A DNA stretch of 64,000 nucleotides from Moniliella sp. 'wahieum' (taxonomy: Eukaryota): assembly GCA_003971905.1 (NCBI GenBank), contig RSEE01000011.1, positions 682,001-746,000 of the forward strand. The letters are read 5' to 3'. A program made the position numbers and the translations under genes. How positions within the stretch are numbered: position 1 is the stretch's first letter; every line of letters begins with the position of its first letter. The notes below the pieces were generated by a model. The model made no database searches. It worked only from the letters and a program-made list of their open reading frames with translations, and had not been told where the DNA came from. Positions 41,086 to 53,600 of this stretch are shown in pieces.

Positions 41086-42238
41086 CTATAGCGTCGGCGT
41101 CCACTTCGACCCGGCCCGCGTGCCAGTTGGGCCTCGAACGCAACAGCCTCCTTGAGCGCAGTGCGGGGTAAACCTTCTTCTCCTCTGCCAAGGGCTGGAG
41201 AGGTTGACGCGGCGCGCCCAAGTCAATCCCCCACACATGGCTGGTGGCCCATTTGGTGCCTGGGATGCCTGTTTTAGCACACGCCCAATCCGCCTCGGCG
41301 ACAAGAGCTTGGAGGCGCTGTGCTTCGGCAAGCGCCGCGCTATCCCCCGCCGCAGCTTGGGCGGATAAGGTACAGAGTTTGGCAAGGGTGAAAGGCAAGA
41401 CGTTGCCCGTTCCCGCGATCACTCCGTCCATCCCCACCACGTAGCCGGGAAGGACAATGTCGGCAAAGCCAGGCCAGACGTGGAATGGTGCACCGCGCTT
41501 TTTTAGCGCCGTCACAACTCGCTGTCCTTTGCCCACTTGGCCACAGGTAAGCTGTAGAATACCAAAGCGCACCAAAACAAGTGTGGAAAAAGGAAGTCAG
41601 TAGATAGTCCAATGTTTTGCTTGCATCGCTTCGCTTCGCCTTTTGCACATAGCCACCGCTGGCTCCCAGCACCCAGGCACCCCGCCGCACCCGATCAGGA
41701 ATGAGATAGCACGTACCTTGGCCCCGAGAATGTTCGGATGCTGAGCAATCTCAATCAATGCGTCGCTGTTCAAGTCAATCCCCGCCGATGCACCGGGGAA
41801 GTTGTAGACGAGCAGGGCAGCGGAGACGCATCCGCCACGGCCTTGTGGAACGTCACCAACGCCTGCGGATCCTGCAACATCGCACCGGCAAAATGCGGCG
41901 GGGTCAAGACCAATACCGCATCTGCCCCGTCTTTCGCAGCGTCTTGGCAAAACGAACTGGTCTCCTGCAACGACCCCCCCCCGTACCCACCACAATCGGG
42001 ACTGACGCACCGACGCTCGCGCGCACCGTTTGCGTAATCAACGACCGCTCCGCACGACTTAGGTGCGCTGCTTCCCGTTCGTGCCTTGCAGCACAAGTCC
42101 GCACCCGGCTTGGGCAATGCGCGTGACGAGCTGCTTGAGCGCAGCAACGTCCACTTGCGCCTCGGCGTCAAAGGGCGTCAGGATGGGGACGTAGGCGCCG
42201 CCAGGAATGGGTTGCTTGGGTTGCTGGGAGGATGCCAT
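41086..42238 (-). CDS. Dihydrodipicolinate synthase-family aldolase (GaaC/LGA1-like)
   Basis: 'PGGAYVPILTPF', 'LVLQGTNG(E)AAHL', 'VYNFPGASAGIDLNSD', Schiff-base Lys 'ILGAK|LTCGQVGK' across an intron, and 'DGVIAGTGNVLP'. The 3' end is approximate. Confidence 0.85.
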
Positions 42239-43300
42239 GGGAGCAGAGATGTAAAATGGACCAGAGACTGGTGGGGGAAGAAGGAAGAGCGGGGTTGGGG
42301 ATGTGGGAGAGGAAAGGCCAAGAAGAGACGCTCCCCGCTCTCCTTTTATGCGACCGACTGCGTCTGGTAGCGCAGGTACGATTCTCTTCTGCTGGACACA
42401 CTTGCACGTATCAGTGCGCCGAGAGCGGCGGCGTGGGATGGATGAGCGGTGATTATGATTGCTGATTGGACGCAAAGGCTGGCCAGCGCCGCGCCGCGCC
42501 AGGCCCAGCCCCAACCACAATCAGCGCTGGGCCAGGCAAATCAATTACCCCGCGCCCCCGCCCACGCCACCCTCCCGTCCCCTTCCCGCCGCGGCGGTTT
42601 CGCCGGATCGCGGCTGGCAGCGGCGTTTCCGCGTTCGATTTCTTTATTTACCCCGAGCAGCCTTTTGCTCCATGGCCCGCCAAGGCCCCACGGGGCCATC
42701 AAACTCGTCAAAGCTCAGCCTGAGCGCTCAACCTAGCTCGAGTGGGCCCCAGTGCGTTTAGTGAGTCTGACTGAGGCTGGAGGCGTGAGATCGTCAGACC
42801 GGCAGTTCGGGTAGTATGTTGTGTGCGCTTGGCACACTCCTCTCATGGCAGATAAGTTATAGATAGCCCTCGCTCTCTCGAGACGATACCGTGCTGGCAC
42901 AAAAAGGACAATCTCGGCGTTAGTGACGTTCAAGAAGCATCGTCTCTATCTTCTACATGGCAATAAGTCCGGCTCAGAATCGTGAGCTCGTGCCAAGTGC
43001 AATGAATGTGTTCATCACATTCAACGTTCACTGCGAACCAAGGCAGAAGTGGGTTCTTTCGGGGAGGCGGGAGATGCCCAGTGGATTCACTGTATGCGAA
43101 TCGTCCCTGAACTAGAATGTGGGAAGTGAAAAATGGGCCAAGGGGGGCTAGATGCAAAGGGTGGTCGGAGAATGGGAAAGACGAGAGACGAAGCTCCAGA
43201 CGCATTTTAGAGTAGGGTAAAATGGAACCGGAAAACAAGTGAAGCGCACGTAGATCATGCAGAGTTCACTGAGTGTAATGCGCAGGTGTTGCGCTACTTT

Positions 43301-44726
43301 TTAGTCGTCAAACGTCATCTTCTTGCCTGCCGCCGGTGCAGCTGCTCCAGACCGACGAGCCCACCCATTGTCACTCGCCTGGAACCCGCCACGACCACCG
43401 CCACCAAACCCTCCACGGCCACCGAACCCTCCGCGTCCACCGCCACGTCCCCCCACCACGACCACCAAACCCACCACGTCCGCCACCACGTCCGCCACCG
43501 CCAAAGCCACCCCGTCCACCACCGTTGCCTCCGTCGCGGTCGCGAGGCGGCGCATAGTCCAACCGAATGGCTCGGCCTTTGATCTCAGCCCCATTCAACG
43601 CGTTCAGAGCAGAGGTAGCCTCGTCGACAGAAGCAAACTCAACGTATGCAAATCCCTTGGGCTGGCCCGTGTTAATGTCGGTCGGCAAACGTACGCTCAC
43701 CGACCCATTTCGCCAAACGCGGCCCGCAAATCGTTTCCTCTGCAGCGAAAGCCAAGCCACCGACAAACAAAGTGGGAGAAGGGTCGGAGGCGGGGCGCCG
43801 CTGGTCCCGCCGCCCCTCACGCGCTTGGTTTTGGTCGCATCCCGAGGCGCGCGGGGCGTAGCTAGCTCCAGCCGGATCGCACGACCGTCGACCTCGTGCC
43901 CTTGCAACGTCTCTACGGCCTTCTTGGCTTCGGATGCCGAGGCAAACTCAACAAATCCAAACCCTCGCGACCGTTGCGAGTCGCGATCCACTTGCACCCG
44001 AGCCGACTGCACCGTGCCACATCGGCAAAGATACTGGCAAGCCACTCGTCGTCGATGTTCCACGACAGTTGACCCACGTAGATGTTCTTCGGTTCCGCCT
44101 CTTGGTCAGGACTGGGATGGGCAGCAGGCGAATCGGTTTCGGTCAGTTTGACTGCTTTGCTACTGCTCTCATGTCGTCGGTGTCGTCTCAGCCTTGCGCT
44201 TGCGGTTCTTCAACTCAGACTCGTCCGAAGAAGAAGCCGACGTCGCGTCCGAATCCGAGTCGGAGCTGTCCGAAGGGACTCAGCGTTGGACGAGGGGGAT
44301 GTTTGCCTTGGCCTGCTCCGACTTGGGAACAGCAGAGGCAGAGGTAGATGTAACGGCGTTCGTCTCTCGTCCGATCCGAGTCAGAATCGCGTCAGATTGG
44401 GCAAGTCCTTCTCTCCTTCTTGTCCTTCTGCTCTCCTTTTCGCTCTTCTTGCTCGCCTTGGCCGCGCCTTGAGCTTCTTTGGCAGCTTCTTTTCCGCCTT
44501 CTCGGCTCCTTGGCAGCGTTCTTCTCTGCCTTCCCTGCCTCCTTGGCAGCCTTCTTCTCTCCTTCTCTGCTCCTTGGCAGCTTTCTTCTCCGCCTTCTCC
44601 GCCTCTTGGCAGCTTTCTTCTCGACTTCCTTGGCAGCTTTCTTCTCAGCCTTCTTGGCAGCCTTCGCCTCCTCCTTCTGGTCGGCCTTGGCCTTTACCTC
44701 GGCGGAGTAACGTCCTTCTTGCCCAT
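43301..44726 (-). CDS. NSR1: Nucleolin-like protein (Lys/Ala-rich and acidic N-terminus, two RRMs, RGG box)
   Basis: RNP1 motifs 'SRGFGFVEF' and 'PKGFAYVEF', GGRGGF repeats, and C-terminal 'GKKMTFDD'. Confidence 0.9.
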
Positions 44727-45486
44727 TTTCACGTATCAAACGGAAAGAGGGAGTGCAGCGCAAGATGGGGGTGATGGAACGAAGGCAGGAGTAGAAGGGG
44801 CTAGCGCTAGCGTACATGGCCTAACTCGGCTAAAAAAAAATCGAACAGCTGCGACACGAAAAATAAATTGAAATGTTGTCGTCTGCTCCCGCTCGCTGCG
44901 TAACCACGCGTCACGCGTCACGTGAGGCGCATGAAACGGACACCGCCAGCCCGCCAGGATTGGTCACGGGTCCGTGGTGTGGGATCGAAGCATGGCCTTG
45001 CGTTACTTCCGTCAGGGGTGTCAACGCCAGCCCGCCCAATCTTCATCGGTCATCTCAGTCGGCGGTCAATCGGCCTTTGGCTTCCACGCCCGAAACAGAG
45101 GCCCCACACCTCCCACCTCTCTGTCCATGCGGTACCAAAGCACACCATGCGTAGCCAGGACGAACCCACGATACACAAGCCGCTGTGGGATGGCAGCCAC
45201 CTCTCCTCACCTCTATCTCCAGTCTCTTGGCTGAGTTGGACAGACAAGAACAGCTAGACATCGTACATCTGATGGACCAGACATCGAATTCGGTGGCAAG
45301 CATAGACACATACACCCGTTTCCCCCTTCTCCTTCCCCCTCCTCCCTCCATGCGCCGGCCAAAACGCATGTCAACACCTCTAAAGAACTTGGATCAGAGA
45401 AATCCTATTCCTTGGCGTACTTGGCAGTCCATTCGCGCGCCTCGGCAAGAGCCCTGGAAAGAAAGAAGAGAAACATTTAGTTAGCT

Positions 45487-46270
45487 TTAACTCGGAACGG
45501 TTTGTCCCAAGGCCCAACGCCCCCAATATCGAATTCCCAAGCGAACCGGATGCGCAAACCTACCCGGGCAGGTCGGACTTCCAATGCTCCGCCACATCGT
45601 TGGCCAGCGGGTCGTCCGGGTTGGGTGCAGAAAGAAGGGCTTGGATCGACAGAGGACAGTGCGAATCTGAAGCGCAGGAGACCACTTGTCCTTGAGGATG
45701 TCGAGACAGATGCGACCGAGCTTGTCTGGAAACACAAGGAGAAGAAGAGGTCAGGGTGGCGCTTCGAAAGGAATGGATGGCAAAGGAGCCGGTTTGTTAG
45801 ACATACCAATGTTGGGGTGGTAGAGCTGAAGCAAATCAGAAAACAGAAAAGGCCGAGTTAGCGAGCTGCAACGCCGGGGCCAGATACGCATCAGGGCTCG
45901 AAGCCGGACCAGAAGGAGGTGAGACGTACGCGGGTCAAGAAGCGGACCTTGGAGGAGAAAGAGGATAGTCCTCCATCAGGAAGAGCTCCAACTTGAACTT
46001 GCCACCTGAGGTAGGTGCCGATGATGCAAACAAGTGTTAGGGTCGCCAAAGCATGAACGAGTAGAGCAAGTGGGAGAGGTGGAGGAGACAAAGGTGAAGG
46101 TGGGGCAAGGGAAGGGAGAGCGGCGTACCTTCAAACGGGCTGGACTCGGGGCCATCCATCACAACATCAAAGTACCGCACATTGTCCTCGTGCGGCGTGG
46201 CGACGATGCCGGGGACAGGGTCGGCGCTGAGGCGCTGGGTCTCCTTGATGATGCGTTTGGGCAACGACAT
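45487..46270 (-). CDS. UBC13: Ubiquitin-conjugating enzyme E2 N (4 exons; 3' end approximate)
   Basis: '[30 protein letters not shown]', 'GKFKLELFL', 'KVRFLTR', 'LYHPNI', '[25 protein letters not shown]'. Confidence 0.93.
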
Positions 46271-48266
46271 GGGTCGTGCGGGGATGCGCAGGTGGGATGG
46301 GGGCGGCGGCAGGAGAGAGGGATGGATGGACAGAGGCGACGCTCTCTCTGGCCGAGCGGCTCAGGCTGAGCGCTCGGGCTGAGCGTCAGCGGCTGAGCGC
46401 TGAGCCGCTGAGCCTCGGAGGTTGAAGATTGAAATCGAGTAGGCCAGGGCGAACCCTAACACGCGTGAAAGGGCGACTGCGTGCTTTACATCCAGATCCA
46501 CCTTGGGGTTTCGAGGCCATGATGCATGAGGGAGAAAGTGAGGGCAACGGCAACAAGAGTGGCCCCGTGCGGGAAGGGTGGCTTGCGCACTGCGCCCACG
46601 AGCCACCGCGTGCACACTGCCCGTATGCCTCTCGTCCCAACCAACACCAGCGTCTCTACGCGACCATTCAATGGCCTAACGGCTAACCTTGGCCCTCATG
46701 TGATACTCCCCAACACTCCGTCTTCTCCCCACCCTCTCTCTGTCATGGGCCGGCCCCGCCAGGGAGCTCGCCCAGGGTTTATGAGGTACAACCCTTTAGG
46801 AGACGGTAAGTCAACTCACGGTAATTTCGCGCTTGTGGTAGTTGGTGGATCCAAGCAGAGCTAGTATAGGGACGAGGGGAGGCCTTAATTTGGGTACGAA
46901 GCCGAGGCGGCTGCATGTGTTGCGAAGCTGCATATGCGCCGGCTTGGGCCGTAGTAACGTGTCTGAATCCTCCGCGGCAGGAGGCAGTGGCGGACAAACA
47001 CCGTCAGAACTGAGACTGGGCAGGGACGGCTGTCGACGTGGCTAGATCGGAACCCACGTGAGGAGCTCGTACGGGGAATCGACGCGGTAGAAGGTATAGG
47101 CTCGCCGCGATTGGAAGGATGGAGCTGGAGAAGAGGAGGTGGGATCTAAAAAGAAAGGGGGCTGTCTGCACTGGATCAATTGGCTGGAAACGACAGGGGT
47201 CGGATAGGATAGGCGGGAAGAGTCGAGAACGGAAACAGAAGATGGCGAGAAGGCGTGAAAGCCAGCGATGGTGGACCGATGTGGAACCACTTTTGCAACA
47301 TCTTGGGCTCAGAATTGTATCATAACTCGGTTGTCGACGACAGAATGGCCGAAGGAGCCAGCCTCCTTTCTCCAGCCGGCCGACACCTATGGCTATACGT
47401 TCTCCCCGGTAGGTATGCACGCGGCCTTGCTCTCCCTTATCGCCGGCGCCCTCGCCTACGGCATATGTTCTTCGGCAGTTTCGTGGCATTTTTCTTGTGG
47501 GCAGCACCCGCTCTGGTGCCCTGTCCGCCGTCTCAGGAAGTGGGCGATATAAACGAACAGGATACTCCCCACAAGGTAGCCTCGGCCTTGCGAGCCAACC
47601 CTTTTCCTCAAGCATCGGCTAGCGCACTCCATAAGCCCCCATCAAGAGTTGCTATTCAGTGATGCATCCCTCGTCCCGCTCTGCTCTTTCCTCCGGCTCG
47701 ACTTGCTCGTCGCATGAACTACCTGGCCTCGGATCGAGGCGCAAAACCAAGAAACAACCCAAGTCTCGCTCGGGGGAAGAGCGGATCAAGGATCTGGCTC
47801 TCCCAGCAGCGATTGGGTTTTTAGGTATGGTAGTTTTGGATGTTGATATGATTGCCCTCCCGTCACACAGCAGCAACCGGTCCCGTTAGTCCTTCTTCTC
47901 TCTGGTCAATGAGAGACACTTTGTGGGGGTTATTTAGAGGTGTGAGCGATGAGCCCGCCTTCCGTTCTCGGCTTCATTCATTCTGCTTCAACCCGTTTGC
48001 CAGGAGTCGGCTACCTCCACTCCACTCCACACCATATCTTACTCCTTTGGCATCTCGGATTTCTGCCGGATCGATGCTATGGCGGTTGTCTCTTTCTCAC
48101 GTTCATGACGAGGACCTGCATCTTCCTTCTGTGTGCTATAGGCCATTCATCACCACATACACCTCACATTGTTCTACCACACACACCGATCTCAGTCGCG
48201 AAATCAGCCTCGCGGGCTTCTCCCGAACGATTCTCGCCTTTGCACGTATCATCGTCATGAGAACAC

Positions 48267-50660
48267 ATGATGAGGGATACTGGTGTGTTTCTGCCCCTTC
48301 TCCCTGCAACACTGTTCTTTGCATCATGTGACGCCCTAGCCTTACGAATTCATATTACGCGCCTTACCACGTCCCCCCGCCCACCCCCTTCGACGGACAT
48401 ATATTTCCCTTCCTATATCTCTTCTGCTTCTTCTTGGGGATGTTCGCTCATCTCCAAGTCCCGCATCCTGTCATCGTTCCGGCCGGTATCACCCCTTCAC
48501 CCACCTTCAATGGCAAGACATAGACTACATTTTCGTCGGAGACGGCACAGCCGGCCTTTTGTCCTTGCCTCACGTCTGACAGAAAATACTGGTCACACCG
48601 TCCTGGTCATTGAACCCGGAGCGAAAGGCGACACGAATATCACCACCCCCAACGCCCTATTCAACCCTAAGACCGTCACTTTTGGGCATCGACAAGGATT
48701 GGCAGTATCTCACCGACCCGCAGCTCGAGATGGACAAAAGACAAGTGTCCTAGCCCCGTGGCAAGATTCTCGGTGGATCAAGCGTGATCAACATTATGCT
48801 CTTTGTATCTCACTGGCTGTCAACATGATAAAGAGTAAATTCTTTGAGCCTGTGCCTCCGGGAAACACCTCTTTGTCGTCCGACCTACCGCGGGCAGTTG
48901 ACTTCCTGATGGCTAATCCGACATCCCACGGGACCATGGGGCCTTTCCAGACGTCCTGGCACGGTGTGCATTAGTACGGGTAGGAAGGTGCATTTCTGTA
49001 AGCTGCCGAGAGTAGTGACCTGATGTTGACTGTGATCCTAGACCGGCTCCCAGTCGGTAGACCAGTTTCGCCTCTGTTCCATCGGCTTCCACGCTGGTGT
49101 CCCAACGTGTCACTGTATCCCTGTGCCCTGCACTATCTCCTGTGTGACACATTGGCCCTGTGCCTAGTCCGGCCTCCTATATAGATGCCTCTGTACCCAG
49201 ACCCAACTCTGGCTCCAATCCATCACCTTCTCCTCATCCTTCTGCCCGACCGCTCCCTAGGCCAACACCTGATACTCAACCCAGATCCTTACTGTCATAG
49301 TTTGGCTGATCTCGCTCCCATTTCCAATTTCTTCGTCTCGAGCGTCTCGCTCCTTCCCTGTTCCTTCCACTTCGCACTATGTTCTCTGTGATCTGGCTTC
49401 TTCCCCACGAACGATTGCTACACCCCTTGGCCTAGTCCCAATTCTGGTTTCCCTCGCCTTAGCCCCGACTGTGACACTTACAGTGGCAACAAAACGAGAT
49501 TCTCTCTGGATCTTTCCTTCATCCGTCAAAGTAGCGGGACCTGTTCCTTTTCTCGGGCTCTGCGTACCTGGCTGGATCCAAATGTGTTCCGACATAACTT
49601 GCATGTCCTGACGGACCACCGCATTTGCACACTGAAGTGATCAGGGCATCGTCTGCCTCGTTAATCGTGTACGCCGGGTCGAAGAGCGGAGAGTCAAATG
49701 GATCCGTGGAGTTGAATAAGACGCTGTCTTGAGCAAAGGTGTGTGGCAACGCACAGGTACTAGAAAATCTGAACCGTGGCATGTTTAATTCGAACCAATT
49801 ATCTCTACTGAAGGCATATCCACCTCATATAAGTCTCAGCAACAATCAAATGTGACACCTTTCGGTACTCATCCTTCACGCTGGCTGGAGCGCCGTATGT
49901 CTGTGGACTCATTGTCCAATGCTGGAGCAGACCGTGTTGAGTACAGCTGTTGTGTTGGTGACGGTCTTGCTGAACGGAACTAAGAGAGGTCACTGCAGAT
50001 GTCAAGAAACTATTCACTTTGGGGTCTTGATTCGTGCCTCTGGAAGTGGAGGGAAGCCATCCTTCAGCTTGTGGTGATATGGTATTACGCCTTCTCTATA
50101 AGTGATCTTGGAGGTGGTACCTAGCCACTGGGACGTCCGCGACTACAGAGATGTTGGGCTTGGAGAGTTGCGTAGGCTCGCCTACACCGCTCAGTTGTAG
50201 AAACTGGGGCGTACCAATGGATCCGGAAGAAAGGACTTGTACGCGCCACACGCACTGTTCTTTTCATCCTTTTTCTGGAACTGCAAACCGGTTGCGCGTG
50301 GAGGTGATGCGCCAACAAACAGAGCGCCTTCACAACCTGAAGACTGCCCGTCTCATTGCCGCCCACCCCCTCATGCATCTGTATGAGGGGGCGGAAACAG
50401 CACCGGGGGCTAATGTTAAACTACTAGTTGGAACAGAGTACCACACAACGGCTCCACTGGCAGCCAGCTAACTTCCCTTTGAAGAGTGGAGTGGTGGACC
50501 CGGTGCTGCGGGTATATATGGCACTTCCAGACTCCGCGGGGCAGATGCTTCCATCCTCCCTTTTGTCACCACACCCAGCACCTAGTTCCGGTGGTGTATG
50601 GACTTGCGGAAACTGCTGTTGAGATTATCCTCAGTGGCGAGTGACTATGCGAACATGCAT
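48267..50660 (+). pseudogene. GMC oxidoreductase pseudogene with internally inverted segment
   Basis: Plus strand: 'DYIFVGDGTAG..VLASRLTE...VLVIEPG', 'PRGKILGGSS.IN', 'RPN'. Minus strand (49630-50310): 'ATGLQF', 'GSIGTPQFLQLSGVG...HLQDH', 'NSTDPFDSPLFDPAY'. Plus strand again: 'TEYH', 'GVVDPVLRVY', 'DASILP'. Contains stops and indels. Confidence 0.85.
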
Positions 50661-53600
50661 CTAACTGTTAACGATGGTGCCAGTAGTACATCTATAGCAC
50701 GCCTATGATTTACACGGTGCTGCAAGCCAGGCTGAGGATAAGTTCGGGTTGACCTTCTGGCTGAAATACTATATACACAAAAATATACCGAAGGTTCAAA
50801 CAAATGAAGAAACTAGGTCGTGATATAGAATCTTCCCAGTGGGTCGACGATGTTCATGTCCACAACGACCGACATGACTAATATATTCTGTTGAGCAACC
50901 GGGTGGAGGCTCTCGTGCCTTGTTGACCAAGGTACCTTTCATTCCCACCTCAGGCTTAATAGGAGTTCCGCTTCGTTTTGTCTTTCCTCCAGCCCCGCGG
51001 TGATGACTGGCTTACTTGATGCCACAGGCGAATACAGACTGGCAAACCTCGTGGGACTTATGCGTTCCCTTCGCCTCCCTATCCCCGATTCCAAAACCCG
51101 CTCCCCAATCCAACCCATTCCAATCGTGACTAGCCAGAGCATCAATGTTACGGATCACTGTGGATGGGCTTGCTCGCTTAAACAACCCATCTACACACCG
51201 TTGCGCCTAAAGGAAGCATGCTTCTGTCAATCTGTGCGACCAAGATCGAGTCCCTTCTGAACGGCTGAGGAGATCCGTGCCTGAGCTTTGAGCCCTTACT
51301 GTTTTTATTCTACTCCAAATGGTCTTGAGTGCAAGCGAGCTCTAAGTTGAGCTGCCGGATCTGGACATCCGTTTTCTCTCCCGAGCGTCTCGTTTTCGCG
51401 GTGAGATTCTCCCCTCATGCCTTTTACGTTCTTGCTGAGGGCGGAGAACTTTTGCTTATTACTTCGAGCCCTTTTCGTGTTTATGGCTGTTCCTGTTCCT
51501 CGGGAACCTTTTCTTTTGATGTGTGCTTCATTGAGAGCCACATTCTCCTTAATTGCTGTCTCTTTCCACGTTGTACGTTGCTTCCTTAAAGTTCCTGTCT
51601 ACATAGCCTTTCCTCTGTGTTCTTCCCCCAGAGGTGGGTCATTTTGTAACAACATCTACTGTTACGAATCCATCTCCTGGACCCACCAGACAACCGCGTT
51701 ACTCCCTACTAGCTCACCGTCAGTCCCATCAACCTGCGTCAGCGACCACATTTTCGTCCGGCCCTGAATCCCTCCGTCCAGTCATGCTTTGCCGTCGAAC
51801 TCCCTCCAACTTACACAGTCTCCTCTGCACGGATCCTGCTGCCATCCCACCAGAATCGAGTTGTTCTGTGACAGAACCTGCCCGACCATGTCTTCGTCTG
51901 CGTCAACCTTCCCAATTGTACAGAGTTCTGAGTGTACAGGCACGCCAGTCTTGCTTGTTCCGGGCGCAGCATATGCAACCTTGCCTTGCTAACGGAGGCC
52001 CCAATTGAGTGGCCTTACCTCGTCTTTAGCTCCGTTCGGATCCGACAATAGCGTTCCAGCACCATAAACGGTCAATGGGCGCCTCCAAGAAAACAAAGTA
52101 CCCCTTAACCGTGGGTTGGGCTCCAGTTCGGCTTCCGCCCATAGCCTCCTCCTCTACGGTTCCCTTTTGGAGCTCTTAGATTTCACCGACTGACATGGTA
52201 TATCTGATTTAACTGATATCAAAAACCCAATTCAATGCGACTATAGTATCAAGGGTTTATACTACGCATTCATTTCATCAACTATGGCTATCCAGACATC
52301 TTTGGAATATATGGGGCTGCCGATCTCGCTGATTTCGCTGAATGTTTTGGTGTCCCCGTCTTTCGAGGAGGACCCCCTTGACTTCAGATGGATGGGTCGC
52401 GGCCGGGAACTTCGATGAATCTGCACTCTGTGATATCAGAATGAGGTCCGTGGTGATAATTGAGAGATTGAGCCATTTCGGCCCGTACAACTAGTAATGC
52501 TTGCATATTTGCACTTCTCTCTGGAACTTGCGGAACATTCAGTTGGTGCGACCATCTATAAGAGATAGCAATGTTGAGTTGGGCTCTGACGTAATTGTAG
52601 CCATGTTGCCCGTCTCGGCCTGCTGTATCTATGTTTGCTTTTGGGAACTCTGGAGAGGTCTACCACCGGCAAAGAACTACAGACTCAATCAGGTCAGATG
52701 ATGCAGCTTTTCATCATCTCCGTCATTAGACTTCTTGTACCCCTTTTATGGTCGGTTTGGGACAAGACTTTTATTGCCCCCTGCTCGTTACGATCCGAAT
52801 GATGTCAATACACAACAATATGTGGCACTAAGATGATTATACTTGGGCTTGCAGGTAACGGAAAAACTAAAACACAAACCATTGACTGCTTTACCTTTCA
52901 ATGAACTCATTAGCAGTGCTTGGGTGACAGGCTGCATAGCTTGAAGTGAATATCTTGCAAATATTGCAAAAAAGGAAGTTGAAGGAACCCGCTATAGTCC
53001 AGATGAATTGCATGCTGCATTGGTGACATCAGGGAACATGCGACCACTGACACTGTCGCAGCGTTGCTCTTATTTGTCTTCATTTCGCCCTTCTGCTATT
53101 GGGAGCATAGCTCTTGGGAGCTAGACAATGAATACATCCATACGAAGTTTGCTGCACACTAGTTTCCCATTGTTAATGACCCTGCTAGGTTAGAAACTAT
53201 AGCGTATGCCGGACAGGTTTTTGTAACCTTCATGTGGCAAACCCTACCTGGTTTGGGAAGGGCTCTCCCGCAATCCTCCAGTAGGTGTAAGCTGGTTCTC
53301 TCCCACTGCTCAAGTAGAGGCTGGTAGCAATGATGAAAAATGAACACAAAGTACTCGGTGTCTTTGCAAGATTTATAACACCGGTCTACCTCTACCTTTC
53401 TCTGTTGCGCTTGTGGCAACGGCTCTCTCTTCCCATGGCCCTTCGATTTTTGTCTGGTTTCCCTCCCAGACCTAATCCGTGTCATTGGTTGGGGCCATTG
53501 CCCCTGGCATATTTTTCGTCATTCATGTACGTCCTTGCTCGCCTCCTGCAGCCGACCTCCTCCTTGGTTGCTGCCAGATTAATCAATACGGGCAATATAG

